Positions 11,417-22,447 of a DNA stretch of 64,000 bases are shown here, piece by piece. This stretch comes from Scenedesmus sp. PABB004 (lineage: Eukaryota), in contig JABVCE010000004.1 in assembly GCA_014905635.1 (NCBI GenBank), positions 248,001 through 312,000 on the forward strand. Direction: 5' to 3'. The translations under genes and the position numbers were made by a program. The first letter of the stretch is position 1; every line of letters begins with the position of its first letter. The notes under the pieces are model-generated. The model was not told where the DNA came from and did not search any database. It saw only the letters and a list, made by a program, of their open reading frames with translations.

Positions 11417-11424
11417 GCGCGAAT
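11417..11424 (-). promoter_or_regulatory. Possible E2F site (ATTCGCGC) about 190 nt upstream of ORC5
   Basis: Matches WTTSSCSS; ORC genes are typical E2F targets. Confidence 0.35.
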
Positions 11425-11614
11425 TTTGCGGCGCGACCCGTCAGCCCCGCACTCCGCCACTCGGCCCAAGATTCGTGTCAAGATCACCCCCGCATCACGA
11501 GCACGCGCTCGACGCTCCGCGGCGCGCCAGCAGCGCGGCCGGGCCGTCCACCGCCTTTGGCTCGCGCCCCCGCCCGGTGCCGGCGCCGCCGCACCGCGCT
11601 CGCGCCGCCCAGGC

Positions 11615-14036
11615 ATGGAGGCGCCCTCGCCCCACCCGTCGGACGGCCGGCGGTGGCAGCACCGCGAGGCGCAGACGGCGGCGCTGTCGGCGCTGCTGGC
11701 GCGGCCCGCGGTGCCCGACGTCCTCGTCTACGGCCCGCCTGCCACGGGCAAGACGGCCATCGTGAGGTGGGCCGGCGGGCCGGCGAGCCTCACGGCGCCA
11801 GCGCTGGCCCCGCGCGCGCCGGCGCAAGCGCGGGCGACCGCCGCCGGCGCCGCCGCCCGCCGCAGGGAGCTGGTGGCCGCCAGCGCGCGCCCGCACGCCT
11901 ACATCAGCTGCTGCAAGGCGCTCAAGCTGCGCAGCCTGCTCAGCAGCGCGGTGGCGCAGCTCGTGGCGGGCGGCAAGCGCAAGCGCGCCGCCGCATACGC
12001 CGGCGCGCCCGGCACCGAGAGCGCGCTGATCTGGGAGCTCAAGGGTGCGCCCCGCGGCCCGGAGCCCGGCGGCGCCAGGATGCGGCAGCGACGCAGCAGC
12101 GGCGCGGCGCGCGCCTCGGACCCAAGCGCCGCCGCCGCCACCGCAGCCGCCTGCCCGGCCGACCAGCCCAGCCGCGTGGTGGTGCTGGACGACGTGCAGC
12201 AGCTCCTCGCCGCGTCCGACGGCCCGCTCGCGCCGCTGCTGGCGCTGCGCGAGCAGGTGCGCGCGCCGCGCGGGCCGCGCGCGCGACGGCGGCGGGGCGC
12301 TGCGCCCGCGCCCGCGCACGCGCGCTCACGCCTCGCGTCGCCGCGCAGACGGGCGCAAACGTGGCCGTCCTGCTCGTCAGCCGCGCCCAGCCGGCGGCGC
12401 TGGGCCTGACGGGGCTGCTGCCGGGCCTGGTGAGCGTGGCGTTCCCTGCGTATGGCGAGTCGCAGCTTGTGGACATCCTGGCCGCGGTGCGGGCGCGCGC
12501 GCGCTGCTGGGGGGTGGCGGCGGCCGCGGCGCTCCGGCGCGCGCTGCCGCGGCTGCGCCGACCGCGCGTTCCCGCGCCGGCCGCGCCGCAGGCGGGCCCG
12601 CCCGGGGCCGCCCCGGCGGGCGACAGCGACGCCGCGCAGCTGTGGCGGCGGCTGCTGGCGGACGTGGTGGTCCCAAACTTCTCCCGGCTCTCGCGCTGCC
12701 TGCCGGACCTCGAATGCCAGGCGGCCGCGCTCTGGCCGCGCTTCCACGCGGCCGCGCAGCAGGAGGCGGCGGCGACGGCGGCGGCGGCGGCGCAGGAGGG
12801 CGGCAGCAGCGCGGCCGGTGACGACGATGTGAGACCCGGGGGGGGGGCACGCACCAGCGGGGCACGACTGGGTGCACGCCCACGCCCGCGCCCGTGCCAC
12901 ACCGCCGGCCGCCGCAGTGCGACGCCGAGGTGGACCAGCAGTCGCGCGTGTACGCGGCGGTGCGGCCCAAGCTGACCGCGGCGCTCGGCGCGTTCCAGCC
13001 GGCCGCGTGCGTCGCGCTCGCACCGCCGCCGGGCGGCGGCGCGGCCGCCGCGGGCGCCGCGGCCGCCGCGGGCGCCGCGGCGCGCCAGCAGCAGCTCGGC
13101 GCGTCGGGCGCGCACATGGCGGCGGGGCTCGAGCTGAGCCGCATGGCTAAGCTCCTGCTCATCGCCGGTGAGCGCGGCGCGCGCTCACCGCCGGGGTCCG
13201 CATTGCTGCGCCGGCGCCGCACGGCCGCACGGCCGCACGGCCGCGCCGCCGGCCTGCCGACCGTGCGCGGCGACGCCGCCGCGCCGCCGCCGCAGCGTTC
13301 CTGGCGTCGCGCAACAAGCCGTCGGTGGACAGGCAGCTCTTTGAGAGCGGCGATGGCTGGCGCCGCCGCGCGCGGCGCAAGAACGTGCTCGGCGCCGACC
13401 GCCAGGTGCGCCTCCCCTCCCACACACCCGTGTGTGGGCTGCCCGCGCGCCCGCGCTCACGAGGCCGCCGCCCGCCCGCGCCGCCGCCGCCTTCCCGTGC
13501 GCCAGGCGGAGGCCGCCAAGGCGGCGGAGCTCAAGGGCCCGCACTCGTTCGGCCTGGCCCGGCTGTCGGCCGTCTATGCCAACCTGCTGGCCGCGGATGA
13601 GAACCACGCCAGCGCCGCGCTGCTCGGCGAGTCTGGCGGCCGCGGGCCGCCCGGCGCCGCGCCGGGCGCCGTCGGCGGCGGCTGGCTGGGCGTGCAGACC
13701 GCGGACGTCGGCATGGGCGTGAGCTGCCTCGTCGCGGCGCGCCTGCTCACGCGGGTGCGCGTGCCATGCGCGCGCACGGCCCCGCCGGCGTGCCGCGCCG
13801 CGCGGCTCGCGCCCCCCTGTCGGCGCGCCGCGCGCGCGCGCGCGCGCGCCCCTCCCGGCGCGCCCGCGCCCCTCCCGACACACCCCGCCCCTGCCCGCCG
13901 CCCACGGCGCCGCGGCCAGGCGTGCGACGACCTGCTGGAGGGGCCGCGCTTTGCGTGCGAGGCGCCGGCGGAGCTGGTGGAGCAGGTCGCGTGCGACATG
14001 GGCGTGCCGCTCAGCAGCTACCTGAAGTACGTGTGA
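11615..14036 (+). CDS. ORC5: Origin recognition complex subunit 5, multi-exon
   Basis: REAQ..L..LL, Walker A VYGPPATGKT, VVVLDDVQQL, ELSRMAKLLLIA|AFLASRNKPSVDRQLF, LKGPHSFGLARLSAVY, C-terminal LSSYL. Confidence 0.92.
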
Positions 14037-14065
14037 CCACCACGTGTGACCACCACGTGTGACCA
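14029..14065 (+). repeat. 13-bp tandem repeat (ACGTGTGACCACC, about 2.8 copies) spanning the ORC5 stop codon
   Basis: Units start at 14029, 14042, 14055. Confidence 0.9.
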
Positions 14066-14423
14066 GAGCGGGCTGCATGCGGCGGCTGTGAGGCGGCCGA
14101 TTCTGCGCCTGCGCGCTGCCGCATGCGCAGGTGAGGCGCCGGCGCGTTGATTGCGGTGTTACCCCGCGGCGGCCCTTCTCCGACAGCCCCGTGTGCAGTG
14201 CCGACGCCCAGTCCAGTCCGCGCTGCTGCACGACACCTGCTCCGAGCACGCCGTCGCGCCCCCGTCCCCGGCCCAAAGCGTCCCCCGACTCCTGCAGCCC
14301 ACGCACTTATGATCTGACCAGCACGACCACCTCAACGCCTCCCACAGCTCCGACACCAACGCGCCCATTTGCGGCGCCCTCCCGCACACGCCGCCGCGCG
14401 CCAACTGCGCCGCCCCAACGCTC

Positions 14424-17400
14424 TCACAAGCCCAGCGCGTCGTGCAGCGCGGCGACGGCGCGCCGCACCTCAGCGCTGTGCGGGTCGACGCCCGGCAGCG
14501 AGGCGAGCAGCCGGGCCAGGGAGCGGTCGTCGCGCAGCAGCGCCGCGAGCGCCTCGTGCATGCGCCGGCCCGCCAGTCCCGCAGCCCCTACGCCGCCGCC
14601 CGCGACCGCCTGCAGGGCCGCCGCGGCCGCTGGCTGCTGCAGCTGCTGCGGCGCGCCGTCGGCGCTCGGCACCAGCCGGCACGTGGGCGGCTGCGCCACC
14701 AGCGGCGGGTCGTCGCTGCCGTCCAGCCGCAGCTGCGGCAGCTGCACCGTTGCGGGCTGGCTGCTCACGCTCGCCGGCGAGCTGACCGCCGCCGGCGCTG
14801 CGGCGACCACGGCGCTGCTGCCCGAGCTGCTGCCCGGCTGCGCCAGCGCCGGCGCGGCCGGCGGCGGCGACGCCGGGCCGCAGCTGCAGCAGCAGCTGTC
14901 GTGGACCACGGGGTTGCCCGCGGTGTAGCGGTGGCTGCCGGGGCTCAGCAGCCGCGCCGAGCCGCCGCGCGCCGGCGTGCTGGCGCCGCTGCCGGCGCCG
15001 CCCGGCTCGCTGCCGCCTGCGGCGAGGCCGGGGCTCGGCGCGCCGCCCCCCGCCGCCGCCGCGGCCGCGGCTGCCTGCAGCAGCACCGCCACCGCGTGCT
15101 GCGGCTCGCCGCCGCCGCCGTCTGCCGCGCTGTCTGCGCGGCTGGTCGGGCGCGGGGTGTAGCGCCTGCTCTGCGCCCGGCTACTGCCCAGCGCGCTGCC
15201 AGGCCTGCTGAGGCTGCCGCTGGCCTCGCCCTCCAGCCGGAAGCGGCTCAAGCTGTGCGGCGCCGCGTCGCTTAGGCGCGACGCGCTCCCGGGCCGGCTG
15301 CTGGGCGCGCTGCTGCCCGGCGAGCCGGGCCCGTCGGGCGCGCTCCCGCGCTGCAGCGGCCAGCGCTCGTCGCCGCGCCCGCCGCCCCCGCCGTCCGGCA
15401 GGCGGAAGCGCTCCAGACGCGCGCCCAGCTGCCCCAGCGCCGCCTCGTCGAGGCCGTCGCCGCCGCCGCCACTTGCTCCAGCGCCGGCGGCTGCCCAGCC
15501 CGGCACGCCCGCGTCCGCGCCGGCGCGCGCCAGCCCCGGCCCGGCCGCCACGGGCGACGTGATCGACAGCCCCTGGCTGCGCGCCACGTCGGCCGCGTCG
15601 CGCAGCCCCGGCGGCAGCTCGTACGGATACAGCCACGAGTGTTGGTCCAGCCACTCGTGCACGCCTCGCCGCCCTGCAACCCCCACCGCACCGCCGGGCG
15701 CGCCCGCGGGCGCGTCCGGGGCCGCGGCGGCGCCGCCCGCCGGCGCGGCGCCGGCCACGCTGAGCGTGGCGGGCGTCGCGCCGGGCTGGGCGCCGCCGTC
15801 AGCGGCTAGTGCTGGCGGGACCAGGGTTGCAGGGCGGTCGGGGGAGAGGAGGGCTCCGTCCCCGCCCGCGCAAGCGGCGCGCCGTGCGCACCGCTGTGGT
15901 GGTGCGACGGCGACAGCGGCGACTCGCCGTGCGGCCCCAGCCGCGTGTCGTGCAGCTGCAGCTGCTGGCGCAGGCGCTGCTGCAGGTGCTGCGGCTGCGG
16001 CTCCGTCGGCGGTGCCGCCGCCGCGTCCTGCTGCTGCTGCTGCAGGAGCAGCTGCGGACCCCAGCCCGGCCGGACGGCGGGCACGTTCGGCAGCGTGGGG
16101 TCAACCTCCCACTGGATCGGTGTGCCGGCGTCGCCCGCGAGGGCGGGCCCCGGCAGCGCCGCCACGGCGCCCTCGCCCGGCTCGCCGCCGGCCGCGGCCG
16201 CGGCCACCAGAGGTGGGGCGACGGCGTCGCGGCGCTCAGGCGCGAGCCGCCGGGCGACATCGCGACGACGCGCGCCGACCCGGGCGCGCTGCGGGGGCTG
16301 CCGGCGCTGCCGGGCCCGGCCAGCGCGGCGGGGCCCGGCAGCGCCGCGCCAAAGCCCGCGCCGGCGCTGCCCCCAGCAGCAAACAGCGGCGGCGGCAGCG
16401 GCGAGCCGCAGCCGCTGCCCGCCGCCGCGACGCTGCGCGGGCTGAACAGAGCGCTGAGCGGCGAGCAGGGCGTGTGCGGGCTCGCCACGACGCTGCCGGC
16501 CAGCAGCGCGGCCGCGGCGCCGTGCGTCGGCGGCGGCACGGGCGATGCCGTCACGCTGCTGCCGCGGCTGCTGCCGGGCGCGCTGCCCGCCGCGAGCCGC
16601 GCGAGCCCGGCCGTGGGCGTGGGCGGCTGGCTGCGGCCGCCGCCAGCGAGGATGCTGGGCAGCGACGGCGCCGCGGGCGAGCCGCCGCGCGAGCCGCGCC
16701 CCAGCAGCGCCGCGAGCGCGTCCCCCGCGTCCTCGCCGCCGGCGCCGCCGCGCAGCGGCGACGCTGCCGCGCTGCCGGCGCCGCTGCCGCCGCTGGCGGC
16801 GGCAGCGGCGCCGCCGGCGGCGCCGCTGGGCAGGCCGCGCGCGCGCGTGTCGCCGGTGAAGAGCCCCGCCGCCGCGCCGGCCGCGCTGACGCTGAGCGGC
16901 GCGGGGCGCGGGGAGAGCATGTGATTCATCAGTGCCGCGCGCCGCAGGTCCACGTGGTCCCGCGACGAGCGCGGCCCGCCGGCGCGGCCGCCGCCACCGC
17001 CGCCGCCGCCGGGCGCGGAGAGCACGGGGCTCGCGCAGCCGGGCGCGGGCGGGACGTCGTCAATAGCATCGAGGTCCAGCTGGTCCGCCGCGAGCGTCGG
17101 CCCGCTGTAGGGCCGCACGAGCCCGCCACCGGGGCTGGCCGCGGGCGGCGTGGCGCAGCCCGCGTCGCGCGGGCTGCCCGGCGGGATGAGCAGCGGCGGG
17201 CGCGGCAGCCCGGGCCGCGGCGCGGGCGCGGCCGGCTCCGCCGGCGCCGCGTGCGCCAGCCGGCTGCTGGGCGGGCCGCCGGGCACGGGCGCCGGCACGA
17301 GCAGCGGCGCCGGCCGGCCGGCGCGCGCGGGGCTGCCGCCGAGGAGGCCGACGCCGCCGAGGTCGCCGCCGCCGCCGGCGCCGGGCGAGGCGGGGGGCGT

Positions 17401-17848
17401 GCCCGCAAACACGCTGCCGCCGGCCTCGCCCTCCGGCTCCTTTGGGCTGGGCAGCATCGCGGCCCAGCCGCGCGGCACGCCGCCCGGGCTCACGCTCGCG
17501 GCGCCCGGCTCGCTGCCGGGCGGCGGCGGCGGCGCGAGCGCGTCGGGGCGCCACGGCCGCACGTCGCCGCGCGGCTGCGTGGCGGGCGAGGCGGCCGCGG
17601 CGCCGGCGCCGGCCGGCAGCTTGAACGGCGAGGCGCTGCGCCCGCCGGTGTCGCGTGCCGCCGACGCCGCGACATCGCGGTCGCCGGGGTGGGAGGCGGC
17701 GGGCGCCGCCTCCCGGTCCTGCGCGGCGCGGCGCGCGCGGGCGGCGGCGGGCGGGTGGGCGCGCTGCGTCAGCGGCGGCCCCCGCCGCGCGCCGGGCGGC
17801 CGCGCCGGGCGCGACCCAGCGCCGTCGTGCCCCCACCTGGCCAGGCAT
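14424..17848 (-). CDS. Large Ser/Pro/Gly/Ala-rich hypothetical protein with an RPN10-like C-terminal motif; start uncertain, one unresolved frameshift near 16215
   Basis: Codon-biased exons MPGQ|DREAAP.., DHVDLRRAALMNHML, QWEVDPTLPNVP, GVHEWLDQHSWLYPYELP, LARLLASLPGVDPHSAEVRRAV*. Confidence 0.65.
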
Positions 17849-18471
17849 CAGCGCTGCCGGCGCCCCATCGCGCGGCGCGCGGTGTCCAGCGGGGCGCTGT
17901 CGCCGCCGCTGTCTGTCGCCTGCGGCGCGCGGGGGCGTCGGCAGGCGTCAGGGGCGCGCGCGGCATGCGGGCACGGGCGCCCGCAGGCGCAGGGCCGGCG
18001 CGCGGGGCGGGGCGGGCCTCCGCCAGCGTGGGGGGCGAGGGGACGCTGGCCCGAGCGCATGAGCCCCCCCTCCGGCCCCCCTGGCGCCCGGGGCCCCCGC
18101 CAGCGACGTGATCGGGTGGCCCCAGCGCCCCCTGCATCGCCCGAGCGCGCGTGCGGGGCGCGGCGAGGCCGCTACGCGCACCTCCGCGGCTTTCGCGCGC
18201 AAGGCGCTCGCAGCCGCGCCGACCGCAGCGCCGCTGGGCCGCGCGGGGTGTGTCGTGCGCGGCGGCGGGGCGCCGTGAGATGGGGCGGCGGAGCCGGGCG
18301 GGCAGTCGTCGCGGCGCGGGCGGGCTTGGACCGCCGAGGTCCGCTCTGCATGGCGCGCGGCCGCCTCAGCGACGCGCGAGCGGCGCCCCGTGACAGCACA
18401 CACCGCCATCGCACCTCCGACCCAGCGTCCAGCGCGCCCGCCACAGCCCGCCAGCGCGCGCGCACGACGCC

Positions 18472-19101
18472 ATGCACCCGGCGCGCCTCCTGGCGCGCCA
18501 GGACGGCCTGCACAGCCGCCTGGCCGGCGTGGCCTGGCCGGCGGCGCGCCACAGCGGCGGCGGCGGCGGCAGCAGCGGGGCAGCAGCGGCGGCGGCAGCG
18601 GCGCCGCCCCGCCGCGACGTGCGGGCGCACGCGCGGCGCGCCGGCGCCGCCAAGAAGGTCCCCGTGGGTGGGTGCGCGCCGCCGGCACCGCAGCGACAGC
18701 GGCCGGCAGCGGCAGCGCGTGGCCGCTGCCGCGACCGCGACGGCCCGCGCCGCCGCCCGCCGGCCGCCGCCGGTCCGCGCAGTCGAGAAGCTGGAGTGGA
18801 GCGAGCCGCTGGCCGTGCTGCGCTACCCCGACCCGCGGCTGCGCGCGCCCAACGCGCGCATCGGCGTCTTTGACGACTCCCTCGCGCGCCTCGCGGCCGC
18901 GATGTTCAAGGTCATGTACGAGTGAGCGTGTGCCCCGCGCCGCGCGGCGCCCCCGCGCGAGACGCGCGCCCGCCCGCGCGCGGACCTGCAGGCAGCGGCG
19001 GCGGCGGCGGCGGCGCGCCTGGCAGCGGCGCGGCAGCGTCGCGGGGCAGCCGCGCGCCCGGCGGCAGCGCGGCGCCGCTGGCCGGCGCCGCGCCCCGCTC
19101 A

Positions 19102-19142
<41 letters not shown>

Positions 19143-19897
19143 TGTGCGTGTCGCGCGCAGGGACGACGGCGTGGGGCTCGCGGCGCCGCAGGTGGGCGTG
19201 AACGTGCGGCTCATGGTCTTCAACGAGACAGCGACGCCCGGCAGCGCGGCAGAGACGGTGCTCGTCAACCCGACGCTCGTCGAGGCGGGGCGCGGCACCG
19301 CGCTCGACGTCGAGGGCTGCCTCTCCTTCCCGGGCATCTACGCAGACGTCGAGGCGCGGCGGCCGCCGCGCCGCCGCGCGTGTGCAGCGGCAGGGCGCGG
19401 CGCGCCGCACCGCGCTCACCGCCGCACCCCCTGTTCGCCTGCACACGCGCGCAGCGGTCGCTGAAGATTGAGGTGCAGTACCAGGACCTGCAGGGCCGGC
19501 TCTGCCAGCTCGCGCTGCGTGACTTTGAGGCGCGCGTGTTCCAGCATGAGTACGACCACCTCCAGGCGCGCGCTGCAGACAGCCGCGCCGCCGCCGCCGC
19601 CCGCCGCCGCCGCCGCCGCCGCCGCCGCGGAGCAGCCAGGTGCTCTGTTGGTTGCACACCACAGCCCTGAGCTGATCTAGCACCCCTCCCTCCCTCCCGC
19701 CCACCCCCCGCGCGCAGGGCGTGCTGTATCACGACCGCATGCGCGCCGCCGAGCTGGAAAAGGTGCGGCCCGCGCTGGTCGCGCTGGAGGAGGAGTTCCT
19801 CGCGGCGCACCCGGGCGCCGACGTGGTGCGCGTGCCGCCGCCGGCGCGGCCCGGCGCGGCCAAGGCCAAGGGCTTTGGCGGCCCGGCGCGGCGGTGA
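18472..19897 (+). CDS. PDF1B: Peptide deformylase, organellar PDF1B type, 5 exons
   Basis: GVGLAAPQVG, EGCLSFP and QHEYDHLQG motifs; transit-peptide-like N-terminus; two GC-AG introns. Confidence 0.95.
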
Positions 19898-20312
19898 CGC
19901 GCGGCGCGGCGCGGCGAGGCGGGCGGGCGCAGCGTGCGGTCGGGCGGCGTGGCGGCGCGGGGCGTGGGCGAACCCAATTTTGCGCATGCGGTGCAGTGAG
20001 CGGGCGGGGCGTCAGGGAGAGCGAGGGAGCGAGAGATCGGCGGCGCGCGCGCCGGCGCGCCGCCGGCGGCAACGGCGGGTCGCGGCGCCGGCCCCGCGCC
20101 GCAGCGCGCCGCCCCGTCGAGCTTGGCGTCAGGCCCAGCGAGCGCGCCGTCCCGACAGCCGACGCGCTCAGTTTGCGCGCAGGCCGCGGTTTGGGGCTCG
20201 GCCCGCTGCTGCTGCGGGCGCCGTTGATCCTGCCCCCCACGACCGCGCGCCCACCTTCGCGACCGCACGCGCCGCCCCCGCCCAGCGCCAGCAGCCCCGC
20301 TGCGCAGCAGCC

Positions 20313-21671
20313 ATGGCGGTCTCCACCCTCGCCCGCACCCGGGCCTTTGCGGGTGCGCCGCGGCGGCGCATGTTGCGGCGTGGGCCAATTGCGGGTCCTG
20401 GGCGCGCGCCCGGGGGCGGTCGTCGCCCAGCGCCGCGGGGCAGGGCGCGGGCCCCCGTCTGCGCGCCGGCGGCCCGCCCCGCGCCGTGGGCGCACCCCGG
20501 GGCCGTCATTGACCGCCCCGCGCCCGCCCCACCCCCGCCAGGCGCCTGCAGCACCGCCCGCCCGGCGCAGCCCGCCCGCGCGGTGCGCATGGTCGTGCGC
20601 GCCTCGGCGCAGAAGCAGCAGCAGCTGTCGGCGCTGGTGAAGCCCGCGTGAGTGATCCCGGTCGCCCACCGGGCGGGGGCCGCGCGGGCGCCCCCCACGG
20701 CCCCGCGGCGTCGCGGCAGCGCCGGGGCGCGCGCGCCGCTGCTCCGCCCCGCCGCCGCCGGCCCCGCAGCGGGGCGCGGCAGCAGCGCCTGGCGGGTGCA
20801 GGGTGGCTCGCAGCCGCCAGGGGCGGGGCCCGACCGCGCCGCGCCCGCGCGCCGCGCCCGCGCCCGCAGCGTCGCGACCGCGGTGGCCAACGTCATCATG
20901 GCGCTGCCCGCCGCCGCCGAGGCCGGCAAGCTGTTCGACTTCAACCTCACGCTGCCGATCGTGAGCGCCCGCGCGCCAGCAGCGCGGGCCCCTGGCGCGG
21001 CGCGCGCAGCGGCGTGGCCTGCCGGTCCCAAACGGCGGCGGCAGTGGCAGCGGCGGCAGCAAGCGGTGCCGGCAGCGGCAGTGGCGGTGGCGGTCCAGCG
21101 GCCAGCTGCGCCGGCGGCCGCGGCACCGACGCGCCCGCAGCGGGCGGCCTGGCGCCGGCCGTGCGCCGCGCCCCGCCTCGTGCTCTCGCGCGCCCGCCGC
21201 GCGCGCGCCCCCGCGCTCACAGCCGGTCGCCGCCGCGCCTGCCCGCGCCGCCGCCGCTGTCGCCGCCAGATGGCGAGCGAGATCCTCATCCTCATGGTCT
21301 TCCTTGACAAGTTTTGGTTTGGCCCCGTCGGCAAGGTGCTGGACGAGCGCGACACCCTGCTGCGCAGCCAGCTCGGCAGCGTGAAGGACGGCAGCTCCGA
21401 GCTCTCCAAGCTCACCATGGAGGCCGAGGCGCTGCTCAAGGACGCGCGCAGCGAGGTGAGCGCGATGGTCAACAGCAAGAAGGGCGCGAAGCAGGCCGAG
21501 CTCGACAAGATGTACGCCGAGGCCAAGGCCAAGGTCACCAAGGAGACCGAGGCCGCGATCGCGGTCATGGAGAAGGAGAGCGAGGGCCTGCTCAAGTCGC
21601 TCGACGCGCAGGCTGAGAAGATCAGCGACCAGGTGCTCAAGCGCGTGCTGCCCGAGGGCGTGAAGATCTGA
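20313..21671 (+). CDS. ATPG: Chloroplast ATP synthase CF0 subunit II (b'), nuclear-encoded, 4 exons
   Basis: AAAEAGKLFDFNLTLPI|MASEILILMVFLDKFWFGPVGKVLDERD; bipartite transit peptide. Confidence 0.96.
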
Positions 21672-21678
21672 GCCCGCC

Positions 21679-21704
21679 CGAGCAAACGCCGGAGCGTTTG
21701 CTCG
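21679..21704. repeat. Perfect 11-bp inverted repeat with CGGA loop just after the ATPG stop
   Basis: CGAGCAAACGC-CGGA-GCGTTTGCTCG. Confidence 0.85.
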
Positions 21705-22447
21705 CCGCTGCGGCGCCGCGCGGCGCGGCGCGGCGCGGCGCGGCGCGGCGCACCGGCGCACCGGCGCGGCGGCGCAATGGAGGCCGCGGCACGCGGCGGA
21801 GCGGGGGCGGGAGGGGAGGCGCGCCCGCCGGCGGCGCGGCGGCGCACGCCAGCCGCGGCGGCCGTGCGGCGCGGGGGTCGGGGCGGGGTCTCGTGAGAGC
21901 GAACGAGCGCGCGCGCCGGCGGCGGCCCAACGCGGCCGCGCCGCGCTGCCCTCGGGTCGGGCGGGGCGGGAGCTCCTGCGTGTGCGTGCGGGTAACCCCT
22001 CGCTCGTGCCCCCGAGCTGCGCGGCGGCAGGCAGCGGCAGACGGCCAGCCGCGGCGCAGGGCGCAGCGGCGACGCACACGACCTGCGCCGCGCTCTGCCG
22101 CCGCCCCAGTGTGCACCCTGAGTGAGCAGCGACTCGCCGTGGGAGCCCCCGGCTCACTCGGGCGGCTTCACCGGCGCGCAGCGCCCGCCAGCGCCCGCCT
22201 CCCCGCCTCTAGTCCCGCGCGCGCTCCGGCCGGGCGCCCAGCAGCGCGGTAGACGCTTGCCGTGCCCCCAAACCCCGCGGAGCAGGCAGCGGGTCGCCAG
22301 GCAGCGCAAGGCAGCGGCGGGAGCAGCGGCCCGCCAGGCCGCGCCGCGGCGGCGGCCGGCCCGACCGGCAGGCGGCGGCGGCCGGCAGAGAGGCAGCCAG
22401 CAGGGGCGGCACATCGCTGGGCTCGCAGCGGCGACACGCCGGCCGCG

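Noticed and set aside
14029..14065. Possible CRISPR-like repeat
   Set aside because: Tandem 13-mers without spacers; eukaryotic locus; no cas genes
15812..15892. Apparent frameshift with TAG at 15806 in the RPN10-tail gene
   Set aside because: Resolved by an approximately 80-nt GT-AG intron (HS|ALAADGG)
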